Source of the DNA: Ginglymostoma cirratum
Lineage: Eukaryota
DNA length: 64,000 nucleotides
Reading direction: 5' to 3'
Assembly: GCA_024137785.1 (NCBI GenBank)
Contig: JAHRHZ010000288.1
Span: forward strand, 7,910,820 to 7,974,819
The notes beneath the pieces were generated by a model that saw only the letters and a program-made list of their open reading frames with translations, did not search any database and was not told the DNA's origin. A program made the translations under genes and the position numbers. Below are positions 38,901-53,329 of this stretch, piece by piece (position 1 is the first letter of the stretch; each line of letters starts with the position of its first letter).

Positions 38901-41900
38901 AATACGCAACCTGACATTGATAAAATCAAACATAAAGCTTACCCATATCACACTGATTTTAAAGGGGCTCTGGTCTTAAACGAAATATTATGCCACTGAG
39001 TGTCATGTTACAGCAATACAAGTGCGCAAAGATAGAATTATTTTTAAAATTAATTTATTCGATTTAAATGTTTTTGAAATGTAAATGAAAAGAGAAAAAA
39101 ATCAGTTTCATTTAGATTTATTCATATTTATTTTCTCTCAATAAATCAAACAATTCAAAATAAAAACCTTTTTTCAATATTGATCCTTAACTTCGGTATG
39201 ATTTAATTCACTGTGTAAGAGAACAAATGCAATATGATCAAAAGGTGACCCTTTGAACCATAACACAACCGGATAAGTTTTCTAAAATAGCTTGCTAACT
39301 GTCTTTGAAAACATATTTCCTGGCCTTTCAGTTTGTCCAACTCCAAAGCAGCTGCCGCCCCTGTTTACCTTGGGAAGGCAGAGCTTTACCACAGATATGA
39401 CCATCTGGTTGTTTTTCTGCTGATATCTTTTCATCCTCGTCCATGTTAAGGCTGCAGATTAAAATCACTACCGTCCTTTTTTTTAAAGAAAAGAAAAATG
39501 AATTCATCAGTAGAGAAGTTTCCCTTAGATTTTAAAAGGTCTAAAATAATAAGGCGACCACTGTGTCATTCTTTCAGCTTGGGCCATTTTTCATAACGCA
39601 GCTGATACCCTTTGTGTAGCTATAGCGACTTCACAGATGAATAACGAGAAATCTCTTTAGGAACTCCCCTGCTCTTCATATATGCTTAATAGTTGTATGT
39701 TGACGGAGGGTATACAGTATCTGACATTCGGATAACAAATGGGGGAAAATAGTGGTTTGTTCCTTTTCAAGTCATTGTCAGGGCAACTTATTCCCCTCCA
39801 TTTGCCTCAGTAACAAGTTGCTGAGCATGTACAGAAAGCGCACAGGTGGCGTTGAGAGGATCAGGGTCACTGGGCTGTAAAGAGGGAAACGGTTTAATAC
39901 AAAATATTATCCACCACCCACTACCCCCACCCGCCCCCCCAACCCAGCCCCATCCCCGGCCTCGCACACCCCCCCTCCCCAAAAAAAAGTTTTTTCTCTA
40001 CCAAGACTAGGAGGACAGAGGACAGCAGTCTGGCAAAAAAGATAAAGCGACAGTGACCGCCTGATTGAGTTAGATCAAATTATAAAGCTACACATGTTTG
40101 GTAAAGTGACCAGCACCTAATTGTTGTGGGTAAGTAAGTTTCCTTTTCACTTGTGTTATGTTGGAAACATGATATCAACATGTGTTTAATGTATATTTAC
40201 GTGGCATACTTATTCTTCAGCACCTTTGGCCGAGCTCCCTTTGCATATTTAGGTGAACTAGTTCAGATTCTTAGTTAAGCAACAACAGGTATGATATGTG
40301 CCCATGGGTATAGTTTCGTTCTCCTGATCCAGTCTTGCAAAATATCAGCTGCTAAAATAGGTTTCTCGCAGGCAGATTGCAAACTATTATCATAGTCTTT
40401 CCCATTTAAAGACAGACGCGTGGGTAGATTTCCGCAGCGTTTGTCCGCGGAGTTATTTTTAATATTGAGAGAGGGGCCTCGTTGTAGCCCACAGTCAGTG
40501 CAGATGCAGTTGTGCAAATGTTATGGTTGCGCCAGCGTAGACGTGAACCGGTCAGTGCGGCAGTATAATTAGCTCTGCTGCCTGATGGACCCATTCTGAG
40601 CACCCAGGCTGTACCTTCTTCCTCCGAATGTCTTACTAGCACACTTGCGTAAGTGTGAAGCAGGAAACTGCTCTAAGTAGCGCTAATTAAAGCGCTCGCT
40701 TATACATATATATATATAAATCAATGCCAAACGACTTAAGGAGCAAGTTAGCCTGATTTCTCTCCCACGTGCAAACCTGAACAATAATAGCTGCAGCTTA
40801 GAACGTGCAACCGTAAACGGGTTGACATTATCCAGGTCGAAGAAGGGGGCTTATTTCACGTTGGAAATTTTGCCAAAAAAAGGGTGGATTTGGAAAAGGA
40901 CACTTAACTCTCCAAAAACTAAATCTTATCAATGTGATTCGAGTCATTAACCAGTCCTCCGTGCTACATTTAATGTCAACTGCACACGAATTGACACTTC
41001 ACCATCTTCTGCCCCTCCTCCCCTACTCCACCAAACTGCTAAACTCAAACCAGGGAGAGCACAGTATTTTTTCACACAAGTTAGGAAAATATTGCTTCAC
41101 CATGTGCCACTGCCTGCACCCCCACCCCCCCCCCCGCCGCAGTAATTCAGAGAGACTCACACAAGACATGGTCTGCTTAATGATTATTTTCTTAAGTCAA
41201 ATTGTTTATTTATCGTTTCTATTTGCCCACTCTGCTTTGAAGGCAGCGGCAGCATAGTCCCTTCCGCGCAACTGAAGTTGTCATTTTCTAAACTATGATC
41301 GAGGCGAACAAATTTCTTTTCGCGCCAATGCCTATGTGGACACCTTTGTCAGCAACTTCACTCACGATGGTTTCTCCCATAAATCTGGTAACTGACTCGA
41401 ACTTGTAATTGAAACGGGAGCCAATTTGGGCCAAGGATCCAAAGGGCCACTTAAGGCAATTTGGGGAATGAGACGTGAACTGGAGGAGGAGTTGCTTGTG
41501 GGGGTGTGGGGGGAGATGGTGGCGGTGGGTGGTGTATTGGTTGATGACACTTAGGCCCCTTTTAATCTTCCTAAATGTCAACGGTTGAGGTTGTTAAAAT
41601 ACACAGAACAAAACACAAAAAAGCAAAGACGTTTCTCCATTGTGCTAGAGATCCAAGGCAAAGGATAGCTCCGTCATGAAATCTCAATTCTACCGAAGTC
41701 AGAGATTTTAAAGAGGTGCAAATTGTTGGTTCCATTGAAACCAAAATGTCAACAAATTTGTTCCGCTTATTAGAAGTGAACTTTTGCGAAGTGAATTAAA
41801 GTGCCGGCGATCTTTTAGCTTCACTGGGGAGAAAACTGTTAGCGATGAGTTTGCACGTCGTGGTTTTGTTACACAAGGAAAAAAAAATCCAAAATCAAAG

Positions 41901-44805
41901 ATTCGTCAGAGAATACAAGCCTTGTTTTTAATAAAGCTGTCTCCATCACATTGGCTCAGCGTGAGGCGGATATGGAATAATTATCTTGTATGGAAAAAAT
42001 CAATTCACTTATTCATTGGCACACTAAACAAAAGGGAGCGAACAAACTGTTTAAATCATATAATTTTCATAAGAGTGTAAAGTATTCACGTCCACTGACC
42101 GGCAAATGCAGTTGGGAGCTGAATTTAAGAAAATTTTCATTTGGGTGGTGCCGGGGGCGGTGGGGAGAGGTGTAGAAAAAACGCAATATACCTCTTCTGT
42201 TTCTTATGTCTCAACACCTTTCGCTCCTTTATCTTAAGGTGCGCTTTGCATTGTCTTCATTAAAATAAGCGTCTAACGAGGAAATCCGGAATCGAGACTT
42301 GCTCATTTCATTACGGAAGATAAAAAAAAAACCTCTCCCTGAAACTGTTAGTGACATGTACCTCACGTTAAAATAAACAGAGCAGAGCTATTTCAGAAAT
42401 TCCCCTGAATCAAAATAGAATGAACATAAAGCGAATCAGTGCTGAAAATTAATAAGGCAAGGGCGGGATAGGGTAAAGCAATGTCCTGGAAGTTCTTTTT
42501 AATGCTGAAATATGCGTTAAATATCCTAAAATAATAATGATAATTGGATACCGTGATCTGACTTTAATCACAATAAACAAATCCATGCTTAAAATCACAA
42601 ACATGATGACATATGTGAATGTGATTATAATTTATCGCATATATCGAAAATGGCACCCAGGAACTAACTTTTCACTTAAGACTGTGCGGTTCAGAAGTTG
42701 TTCACAATGTATTCGAAGGCCAACGCCAGATCTATTCCGGGAAGACCACATTGATAAAAGGCGTGGTGAAGTAGGATATAAACATTATACGTTAAAAAAG
42801 GAAGTAAATAATAAAGTGGCTTATTTGATTTATTTGTAAATTAGCAGAATTTGGGAGGTATGTGTTCTTAAATACATTCAAGCCATAGGCAAAAATAGCT
42901 GGACGCGCAGGCTGTTGTTTAGTATATCTACATATCGCTTCAGAAGATAGAATATAGATTATGATGAACTACAATAAAAAAAAGACTGCCTTATGCTTAC
43001 AGCCACAGGGCAGTTCAGACAGAATGGAGATATGCCATCTCCACCTCCACTAGGAAATAAACAACAAAACATGTTACGTTTTACAATGGTTTACAAAAGA
43101 CCGTGGACTGCGAAACCGCTGCTTTACCAGGAGATGACCCTCACTATTATATCCACAACAGAAACAATTGGCCAACCCCTCCCACGAAACATTGAATACG
43201 GAAGATTTTTGTTTGTTTACTGAGCGCATTCTGACAAAGAATTAAAAGCAGTAGATTAAAAATGAGGTTTCGAAAAGAATAACAAGTATAACAAAACACA
43301 TATTTTCATATAACTTCTCTAACAGAATATTGTGATTTCAAATTCATTGGAAACCACTTAAAGCCAGGAAGCAGAAGTTGAGCATTAGAATTTTATAGGA
43401 CCGGTAGCACAGCGCCACACCTGCCATATCTGCTTCCGAATGGTACCCAACAACAAGGTCAGGAGTGCGTGACTCACTTTAAAATGTAGAATTCCAATTT
43501 CAATTCTTCACCCATGAATGTTTTTCTCACTGAAAGATCGACCTCCCCTTCGTTTGATATATATGACAGTATCCTACATCGTTATGAGGCGAGAGGATTA
43601 CAAAAAAAATGTTATTCTTTTCGATAAATACTTATTCCAATACCCCTACGTAATTCTATGAGAGGTTATTTTAAAATGGCCACTTTCCCATCATCGTTTC
43701 TCAAGTTCTGATGGCGTTCAAAGACCCGACTACCAACATTGATTATCGATGCCATTGAGTTAGCGTTTACGGTAAAATGCTACTTCCTCTCGTACTCATC
43801 TAAGTTAGCATTGCCAACGAAACTAGAATGTCGTATCTAATCTTTACTTCTAGTGTATTTCTTATACCTGCTCCCTCTCCCACCCACTACCTTTCGGTGT
43901 GAATGCCAAAACCTCAATTAATATATGATAGGAATTGCATCAGTATTTGTGTAATTCAGTGGGCACACTAGCATTTAAAAAGTTAGTCAAATCATGAAGA
44001 TATGTATCACTCATCAATATATTTATTGCTAAAAAAACTGCTCAGAACAGAAATCACGAGAACGAAAACTTCTTATTAGTTGATGGTTTAATATAGAACA
44101 CTACCAACCGTTTGAAATCCGAATAATTGTTACACATTTGATAATAGACCCCAGAAGCAAAACCCTGAATTAATCTTCAACATGTCAAAGCTTCACCTCG
44201 GCAAATAAAGAGCATGTGCCCCAGTAAATCGAAGGATCATTCCAACTACCGACTTTGTGACCCATGTATAAATATCGAAAATGGTATTGTCATTTTTACT
44301 AACCCTTCTTTAAAAACGCACAACGCATTTAGAATGATGGTCACTTTCAAAGCCAAAAATGCGTTTTCAATTTGGGTGCAACTGAATGGAAACTAATTGC
44401 TGTTTCAAGCAATCTACTGGATGTGGTCTAAATCATAAAATAATCCTCGATTCGAACCCCGCTTTCCACACTTATGTTTGGAGGGGTGCGGGGTCATTCA
44501 AATTGGTGGAGAACGTACTAAGCAGAAACCGCACAAGCAAATACGGCCCACAGATAAGGTCAATGCAACTGTGTATTTCAGGTCCTTGAACCCTATCTAG
44601 ATGACTGGCTAGTTGAACCAGCAAACAATTGTTCTGAATGGAAGTTGACCTTAGTTTATCGATTTGTTTGCACAAATGTTTGCCTTAAAATACAATTAGC
44701 ACTGACAGGAGTGCCCTCATGCTGAGCAGTGATGAGATTTCAAGAGCAGCATTATCTGTGTTGCCCAACAGGAAGTAACAAGTTTCGCTACCAATGGAGG
44801 CAGAC

Positions 44806-44840
44806 AGGTAGATAGATAGAGAGAAAGATGGATAGATAGA
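44806..44840. repeat. Degenerate (GATA)n microsatellite
   Basis: AGGTAGATAGATAGAGAGAAAGATGGATAGATAGA. Confidence 0.6.
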
Positions 44841-45456
44841 CAAAATGTAAAACTAGAGAAAAAGGTGATAAATATATACTTTTGAAGTGTTAATAAGAGG
44901 AGTACAGAGGTAAATCGGTGTCAGCACCTATTGGCTGATATGGGTGGAATATTTTAAGAGTTACATTCCGACACTGTTTATCAATATGTCTACTTTGAAC
45001 ATCATCAACATTCAAAACCTGCGCTAATCTCATTTCTTCTTCAAAGAGATTTACATATTACCCCTCCCAGTAATTGCCAATGGCATACCGTCATCTGCAT
45101 TTATCTTCCTTAAAAATATACAAGAGAATCGATGGCGAGATCTAGCAGAAGTCTTTCCACAACTTAATAGGGAATCATCAGCTTTTTTCAAATACACCTG
45201 TTTTTCTAGCAAACCATTGATGTGAATGCCTGGTTTATGAAATGCCTGTTCGCTTATTTGAGGGCACCCTATATTGACATTCTGAATTCCTCGTATCTTC
45301 TTTCCCGGAAAAGCATCAGTGTGTTACTGGTAATGAATCTTACTGATGTAAAATTTTTAATTCGTACGCGAAACAAAACGGCAGCTCATCTTGTTTCGCT
45401 ATTCTTTTATCACAGATCTTGTAAATAAAGACTAATCCAAACCTTTCCACGGCCAT

Positions 45457-45492
45457 ATTTCTTTCTTTCTTTCTTTCTTTTTTTCTTTCTTC
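45457..45492. repeat. (TTTC)n simple repeat
   Basis: TTTC run interrupted by a short T tract. Confidence 0.75.
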
Positions 45493-45567
45493 CATCTAGG
45501 CCTCTTTCAGTCTACATAAGGTAACCTGAGTGGAGCTATTTTTATGATTTATCTTTGTTTCCCACCA

Positions 45568-45612
45568 ACACACACACACAAACACACATAAACGCACACA
45601 CACACAGATACA
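45568..45612. repeat. Imperfect (CA)n microsatellite
   Basis: ACACACACACACAAACACACATAAACGCACACACACACAG. Confidence 0.75.
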
Positions 45613-48600
45613 CCCATAACTCCCCCATTCGCATGTGACACTATCTCTGAGGAATACTTGGTCACTAACCGTATTGACTGGTCATTAAGACTTGAATGTT
45701 CATATACTTCATTTAACAATGGAATTATTCTCTCAGATCGGGAGTGGTGCTCCCTCCTTTTGTACAACAACATTTTAGTTTTTGTTCCCATCAAACATTT
45801 GACTTGATTGAACAAACCATGCACGGGCTCCATTCCAGATTCGCATGAACTCCGGGCGTGTTCTTGTGTTTGTCGGATTTTTTTTTTCAGATTCTAACAT
45901 TTCCCATTCTTTCATAAAACTTGAAAATGAATTTTGACCTTACAAACTGCATAATTTCTAACCATAACAATAAAATGGTGCTTAAAAGATCTTTGTGGAT
46001 CGTTTTTGAATCGAAACGATTCAAATTAATTTCGTATATTTGAATGTTCATTTTGAGATTGGATGTTGTAATTATGAATCACGATTCGTCGAATGAAATT
46101 AGTAATGTCGATTAATAAAACTGACTAGTGGTTGTCAGTGAATGGAATGACAAATAAAACCTTTCTTTAGTGAACAGACCCGACTTGGTGTTAGATCCAT
46201 CATTGGGCATTTATTCTTGCAACTTACTTAGGGGGACAAAAAAGTGAAGATAATGAAAGAAGCGTTTGCATAAAATTCAGTTAATGGGGGGAAATAATGT
46301 TTTAAATATTGGACCTTTAAGACCACCTATAAATTCTCGAAAGTATGGCGCCATACATCATAAAGCAATAAAAAGGTCAGGTCCACCAAACTGCACGTGT
46401 TTTTTTCCCCCCATACATCTGAGGTCTTCATCTCCAGGTTAAAGATGGTATCTCCTATTTTAACGTTTAGGGTAAGCCATTCCAAGTTTCCACGGCAACA
46501 CCAGTGGCAACACGTGCTCATTACTCTACACTAACCAATCAACCCTGTGGTCTAATCTACTGCCCCTTCAAAGGGTCAAACCAAGTTCTTTTGCCCAAAC
46601 CAAGCCCCGGGCATTTCTGCTGTAACACACAGCCCATTCTGTTGAGAAGACAACTGATTTTCCGCAATCTATTCAATGCATTTAGTGAGGTTATTACAAT
46701 TAGCAGGAGCGAAGAGAAAGTTTGCTGTAGTAAGAGATCTAATTAATCCGGAAAAGGCGATATTTATAATAATGGCACTCTAGGATTTCTTGATGAGTTT
46801 CCGTAACAGCTAACCGGCTTGACACTAGCTGAGAGATGGGCAGTTAACAGATTAGCATCTGCAGTAGTGAGGATAGTGATAATGAGTGGAGAGCTATACA
46901 CTTAACAGAAACGGCTGCCATAAAATGAACAAGGAAACGTGCAGTCTATAAACTGTTTCTCTCCCTTAATCAATCAAATAACTCATTTTATATCTTCCAT
47001 ATTTACATAGAGGGGAGTAAGGTCTCCCTGGAGTATGGCAAAACATCAGAGCCACAGTATGTGTGTCGTAAATATCACCTGTATAAATATCTCGAGCAAA
47101 TCTGACGCAGACTTGATTTAGATAGAAAAATAACAATCTGATGTTTTAAATGCTGATCCTGCGTGGCTAGTTCCCACCAAAGCAAAATATTTTCCAACGA
47201 AATCCCTAAGCCCTGTGTATTACTCTCAAGCGAAAATAATCACGTTTCTCCGATGAGTTAACACTTTAAAGCCGAAAAAGGTTTTTATTTCAATGAAACA
47301 ATTTGCCACACTTTCTCTGTGTCTATATGTACACACAGGGACAACATCACAGAGCACAAAGCGGCCAAGCTATGTATAGGACGCATGAATCATGGCTGCA
47401 TTTATAGCGTATTCTCACAGTTCTGAAAAGATTAATATTCGCTTTAAAAATCACTGACACACTTGACCCCAATAAGGTCAGTCGCCAACAAAACTTCAAG
47501 TGATTTGAATCAAGATTGAATTGACTTCAAGTAATTGATTGGAACTTTTAAAAAGGAATCCTAACACGATGCGTGTCTCCTATGACCTCGTTCTAAAAAA
47601 AAGAGAGGGGGCCGTGGGGATGGGGAAGACCAAAAAAAAGTGAGCGAGGAAATGTTAAGATTTATTAGATTCCGTTACATGAAAGATTCTTTTCATTTTG
47701 CATTGAGTACTAGACGCTATTGAAGCCTGCCAGGTAGCACATGTGCACACAGAGGCGAGGTCTTTTTAGTTTGGATCCGGAGGCAGCGCCCTTGTCATCA
47801 GGGAGTCCAAGCAGAGGGCGAGGCGCCTCAAGGAACCGCCGTGACTCCAACAACTTTCGCTCACCTCATTTTTATTCCTTTTTTTTTGTATTTTCTGACC
47901 TCAGGCAATAAACAACACTAAGAACCCTGTTAATCGATGAAGTAAAGCAGTATGTTACAGACTAAATATGAACTCGCTGAAACTTTTTTTTTGTAGAAGG
48001 ATAGACGCTTTTAGGAGAGTTCCGTGGCGGGTTGCTTCGGATGTCAAGTTGATGAAAATGCACAGACGCGATAAAACGACCAGTCGGGTTGACTCTGGTG
48101 CTTAGTTAGATTTGGGCAGGGGTGGAGGCGGTGGCGGGGGGACGGGGGGGGCGGGGTTGGTGGTTGGAAGGGGATGGAGGTGGGGGACAGAAATTGAAAC
48201 ACCAACATCTAAAGTCAAGTTTTGTACTTCAGGAAGACCACTTTGGACACAGATAGTGTCCATTTGGGATGGAGTAATTATCTTGGGGGGAGGGGCGTTT
48301 GGAGGGTCTTAAAAACACCGATTCGGTTCGTAATATTATAAATACACATAATTAACAGAACAAAACTACCAGTTTACAATGTTCACATTCTTACAGGGAG
48401 GGACGCCGGAGCATCAAATAAACATTCAAACCTGCTCCCCACCAAAAAAAAAACAATGGCGATAATGATATTGAGACAAACTTTTCAGAATGATAAGACT
48501 CAAGAAATCTAACATACTTTGGGGGCATAGCATATGCGTTGAGGAGAAAGTGAAGGAGAGGGGAGGCAGGCTCGTTAGGGTCTCGGTTATTTTTCATTGA

Positions 48601-51600
48601 CTGCTTTCCCTTTTTTTTTAGCTTCACAGATCAAAAGGAAGAGAAAAAGAATTTGGCGACCCGAAGATATACATTGTTAGAGTGACAAGCTGACTGTCCC
48701 CCGGAGAAGCCGCGAGAGAATGTGGCTCCATCGGAAGTGGATGCAGGCCGAGAGAAAACTCACTTTTCAAACTCTTGGAAGTCATTGTCTTTCGGGTTTA
48801 CCATACAGTAGATTGTCATGGCAACGCAACCTGCTGGTGTTACAAAGAGTTTAAAATGTTGAAAGGCAGCTGAACTGACTAAAGAGCAACAGAATAAACA
48901 GTATTTTGATTCATTTCGAGGATTACAAAAAAAAGGGACCATGAATACGGCATTGTCCGAGCTTTTCTAAATCTGATTCACCATATCATAACCCCTAGGA
49001 AGAAGAAAACATCAATATCGCGAAAGGAAAGAAGATGTTTCTATGGAAAACCTAGGAATTTACTCCATAACAGATCTGTTGAAAAATCAAAGAGATCAAA
49101 GCGAACGCTCCTGGGAGTTAGATGCGGCTCTGAATCAAAGATGTACGAGGTGGACTCCAAAGTGGCTGGCTTCATTTCAAGTCTGAATCCCAATTTCAAG
49201 GGAAATGCTGTCGAAACTTCAACCCCCCACCCCCTCACCCCCCCCCCACCACCACCACCACTCTCCAAATCAGTCAAAACCAACACTTCAGCAGGTGCTG
49301 ATGAAGGCATAAACATCGCATCAGTCTGGCCAGTGTGCACACATGACATTCAAATAACAGTGTTAGAGCCTTTACATTATTACCACTTTGTTCTGCAAAT
49401 GCATATTAATGAAAAAGAGAAAATAACAAACAAAATGACACATTCCCCAGACACCATTGCAGATAAAGCACAACTGTTTAACAGGAATACTGTACTATAT
49501 AACAAAAAAAAGTAAGTAGCATTCTTGCGCCTAACAATTGCAGAAGAAAAATGAAAACACACAAAAGCTGTTCTTAACAGTGCAATTCGCCGGGTTTATG
49601 TTCAGTATTTATTATTGTGAATTGCATTCTGAGCGGAAAGCTAGGACTGTCACTTTTTGCTCAGTGACCATTAACAATGTTAATGCCATTGGCACCAAAA
49701 ATACTGCTTTATGAATTTGAGGTTGTAGGCATTGGTATCTTGGAAAAACTCGAACCAAAGAGGAGAGTCTTTTGATAGACTAGGATTGACTTAACTAAAG
49801 ACCAAATTCGAAGTGAATACGGAATTATTCGGCAAAATTAAGCCCTTTTTGTAACATGTAATGAATGGTATGGCCGGTAACATAACTTTTGAAGCAGCTC
49901 TTGCAAAACAAGCAAAAAAAAACACAACCAATTATGATCTCGTCAATTACACAAGTCCAAAGACGACCGAGAGGTACCTGTGGTAAATTTCACATGTTTC
50001 AGAGAGTTTGCCCAAAGTTAATATTGATAAATTCCATAAAATTTAAGAAAACTGTGGGGGAAAGCTCCCCTCAGCATTCCAGTGGTGCCAGCAACAAGCA
50101 CAGAATCAGCTGCGTCCTGATCATTCAGATAGCGTGAAAAACCCTTTTCTTTGCAAATATGAATCATTCCAGAAAAAAGACCAAGGGCGTCCATGCTTCA
50201 AAACCACATTCTGCAAACATGCAGACGATAACTATGTCAAAATTATTCGAAAAAAAAATCAATGTGGCATATTTGAAACTCTTCACGGTTTCTTAATTGC
50301 CTGGTGAAATTTCCAATCCTTGTTTAGAAACCGCAAAACGTAATGAGTGGAACTTTCAAAAGGCTGTGAACATGATGTGCACAACATTTTATTCTATGCA
50401 TTCATTTAGATTTATAAGGAAATAGATAGATTCTAGAAAGCAGAACATCGACTTCTGTATGTCGTTTAAACAGATGCGTTTGTATCAGATTTAGCCCGTA
50501 GACTTAGTTTACCATATATTTGCAGCGCAGATTAGGTGGGCCGACAGGGGATACTATATCTTATTTTGAGGATGTGGGCTAAGTGTATGTATAAAAAACA
50601 AGTGCTACTTGCAGGTCAGAAAGAGAGCCCTAAGTAAACACGGTTCACAGAAGTCTAAACCCATTGTGGTGCTTGTGCAGCTGGCCAGCCTCCCATTGTC
50701 CTGAGCTAGACCGTGTGGAAGATCCCTGCTGAACCTTACCAACTGAGTGCACAAAAACAGATTGGGATGTTCTGCATGCATGGGCAACATTGCAGTCCAG
50801 AATCCTCCCTTTCCCCCGTTTCTTTTGGAGAGATGACACTCCAGACATTTTCTGACAATCACAAAAGCATGGCCTGCTTTAGAATGGATTTTGAGCAAAA
50901 AAAAAGAGGGTGAGAAAAGAATCAAGTTGATAAAAGCCCCAAAAGAAAGGCCGGGCTGAACAATGGGAAAGGAAGTAAAAGACAGAAGTAAAAGGGGAGG
51001 CAAGAATTATCTTGTTAAACAGTAGTTCTTTTTGTCCTAAGTTGTCTCTGTGAACGTTGGTAGCAGTATCATGACACAAAAAACAAGCTTGCACCCACAC
51101 CAATTTCAATCAAGGATCATGAGCTTTTAAAAGCCTTGATGGCTTATTTAGGTGACAGAAAAATTAAGGGAAGCTTAAATGACTTTGAAAGGTTACACGG
51201 GACGCTTTGAATTGCTGCTCTTCAAAAACACTTGTGCTGCTGGAGTTGACTCAAATTGAATAAATGGTAAACATGAAGTAAAAAGGAATGAAAAGCTAGT
51301 TAAAAAGAGACAAAAAAACAAGTAGACAATGATAAGCAAAGACCACACGGTAACCCAGCTGTTGTCTGATGGATTGTTTGAGACGGGGATAAGCAGCAAA
51401 ATAAGTGAGTAGCGACAGAAACATGAACACAAACCCGGTTCAGTATTCCGAAAGAGAAAAGATGTGAAGTTCCAACTCTGGAGTTGCGAACATTAAATGT
51501 TGAAGTTTTCAGATGCGATTTCTTTTTATCTATAGACGAATTCAATGTCCAATTAGTCGCATTGTTGAAAAAAAGAGGAAATTCAGCCTTTGTTCAGTCA

Positions 51601-53329
51601 GAGCTGGAGCACAGCGGTTTTTCCCAGATTTTTTACGTACTGCATTTTAGTGAGAAAATGCATTTGATGTTGGAAAGCTGCGAGTTAGAATAAAACAAAC
51701 AGATTTCGCATCAAGCCCACGCAGCTATAGAGAACACAGTCAAGTAAAATCTGGGCCAGAGTTTGTGACAAAATCTAATGTAGTTTTAGATGATAAAGCG
51801 AACTTAAATCGGTCTTCTTCAATTGTTTAGAGGGTTTTAGCGGAAAAATCCATTTTCAACATGAGTTAGGATTTAGAACAAAAGAATGGTGTTCGTAACA
51901 AATATGTAGTAATAAAACTGGACGCGATTTCTGTGAAAAATACTAAACGCTTTTAATAACTGTTCGATTTTACATTCTATGCAAATCTGACCTTGGTAAA
52001 TTACTGCCCTCACATACCCATTTCCATTTAACCCCGACATTCTGAACTTCACTCGATTTCACCTTGAAACCATTACTTACTTCTAAAAAGTACAAAACTT
52101 ATGTTTGAGATAAATCCTGTGTAAATTCGGCCTTAGTGTGATGCGCAAGAACGGATAATAAACCTATGTTGATAAGCGGTCAGTCATATTCACTTGATTT
52201 GTGACAGGTATGCAAAGCAACAAAAGGCCAGAAAGCTTTCTCAATTTTGGCAGTTGATAGAAAACAGTGCAAAAGCTATAAATTGCCTCTAGCAACAAAA
52301 AATATCTTCACCTACTTAATTTCAATAGATGGCATGGTTTTGGATAGTTTTGTGTTATAATAATTCTTTTGGTAAATGTAGTTTGAACCGAATTTCAGCT
52401 TTGGGAATACTTTTTATATCTTTTAGCCCTGTCTTTGGTATGAACCTACAGTGGATGAATGGAAAGCAACGTCCAGAAATATAAGGAAAGGTATGTGAAG
52501 AATATTGCAAAATGCAAAATCTTCATTCCGGCTGGCAAACTATGATTATCATTTCTAACTTACTCAAAAAATACATGCTGTTCAGAAAAAAAGTAGACAT
52601 TACAAACATTAGACATTTTAAGGATTACATGACAGGACATATTTGACATTATATAAAGTGCAATACAGATCAAAATTTTTGAATACAGTCTGTGACAGTC
52701 AAAGAAGCCTTCCTATACTTATAATTACAGGTTATATTTACATGATATAATTTATGTCAAACATTTTATTTAGCATAAAGTCAAAGGTGTTACAAATAGG
52801 ATCCAATGGTGTACTATGACAGAAGAGCCTTCTTCTCTGGCCTTTGTCCATTTCAGCTCTGGGGAGCTGCCCCAAGGTTTAATGCATCTCTCAGTACATT
52901 GTCCTGGAGGTTGGGCAGATTTGATGACTCTTGATATTGGCAACACATACTTTTAAAATCTATGTCTTTTTCATTTCATTTCTGGTGATTGTTGCAAATA
53001 GTCTATACTTTTAAATTTAGCTCTGGACTGTAAAGAAACCTCAAAATTATTTGGGGATATAGAGAGTATAATTATGTTGGATGTATTTTGCAATGGTATG
53101 TTTTAATGCCTATGGTGGATCTTTTTCTACATAATGATGGAATTGATAAATAGGGCAATAAAGGAAAATCTAAGAACTTTTGATAAGCTTGCTTGGGCAA
53201 GCATTTGATAAGCTTTTTCTTTAATCTTGTAACCCGTTCAGATATCTGTTGCTTCATGATAATCAACTTCTTGTTGTTACTTTACAGATATTTTTAAATC
53301 AACCTGTTCAGAGATTTTGTTAAATTCAA

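Noticed and set aside
49141-49515. 124-aa ATG ORF with a poly-Pro run
   Set aside because: The proline run comes from a C homopolymer tract; no recognisable domain or splice context.
22000-52000. Many 60-130 aa ORFs in the downstream region
   Set aside because: Mostly non-ATG starts, low-complexity composition and no recognisable domains; consistent with chance ORFs in non-coding DNA.
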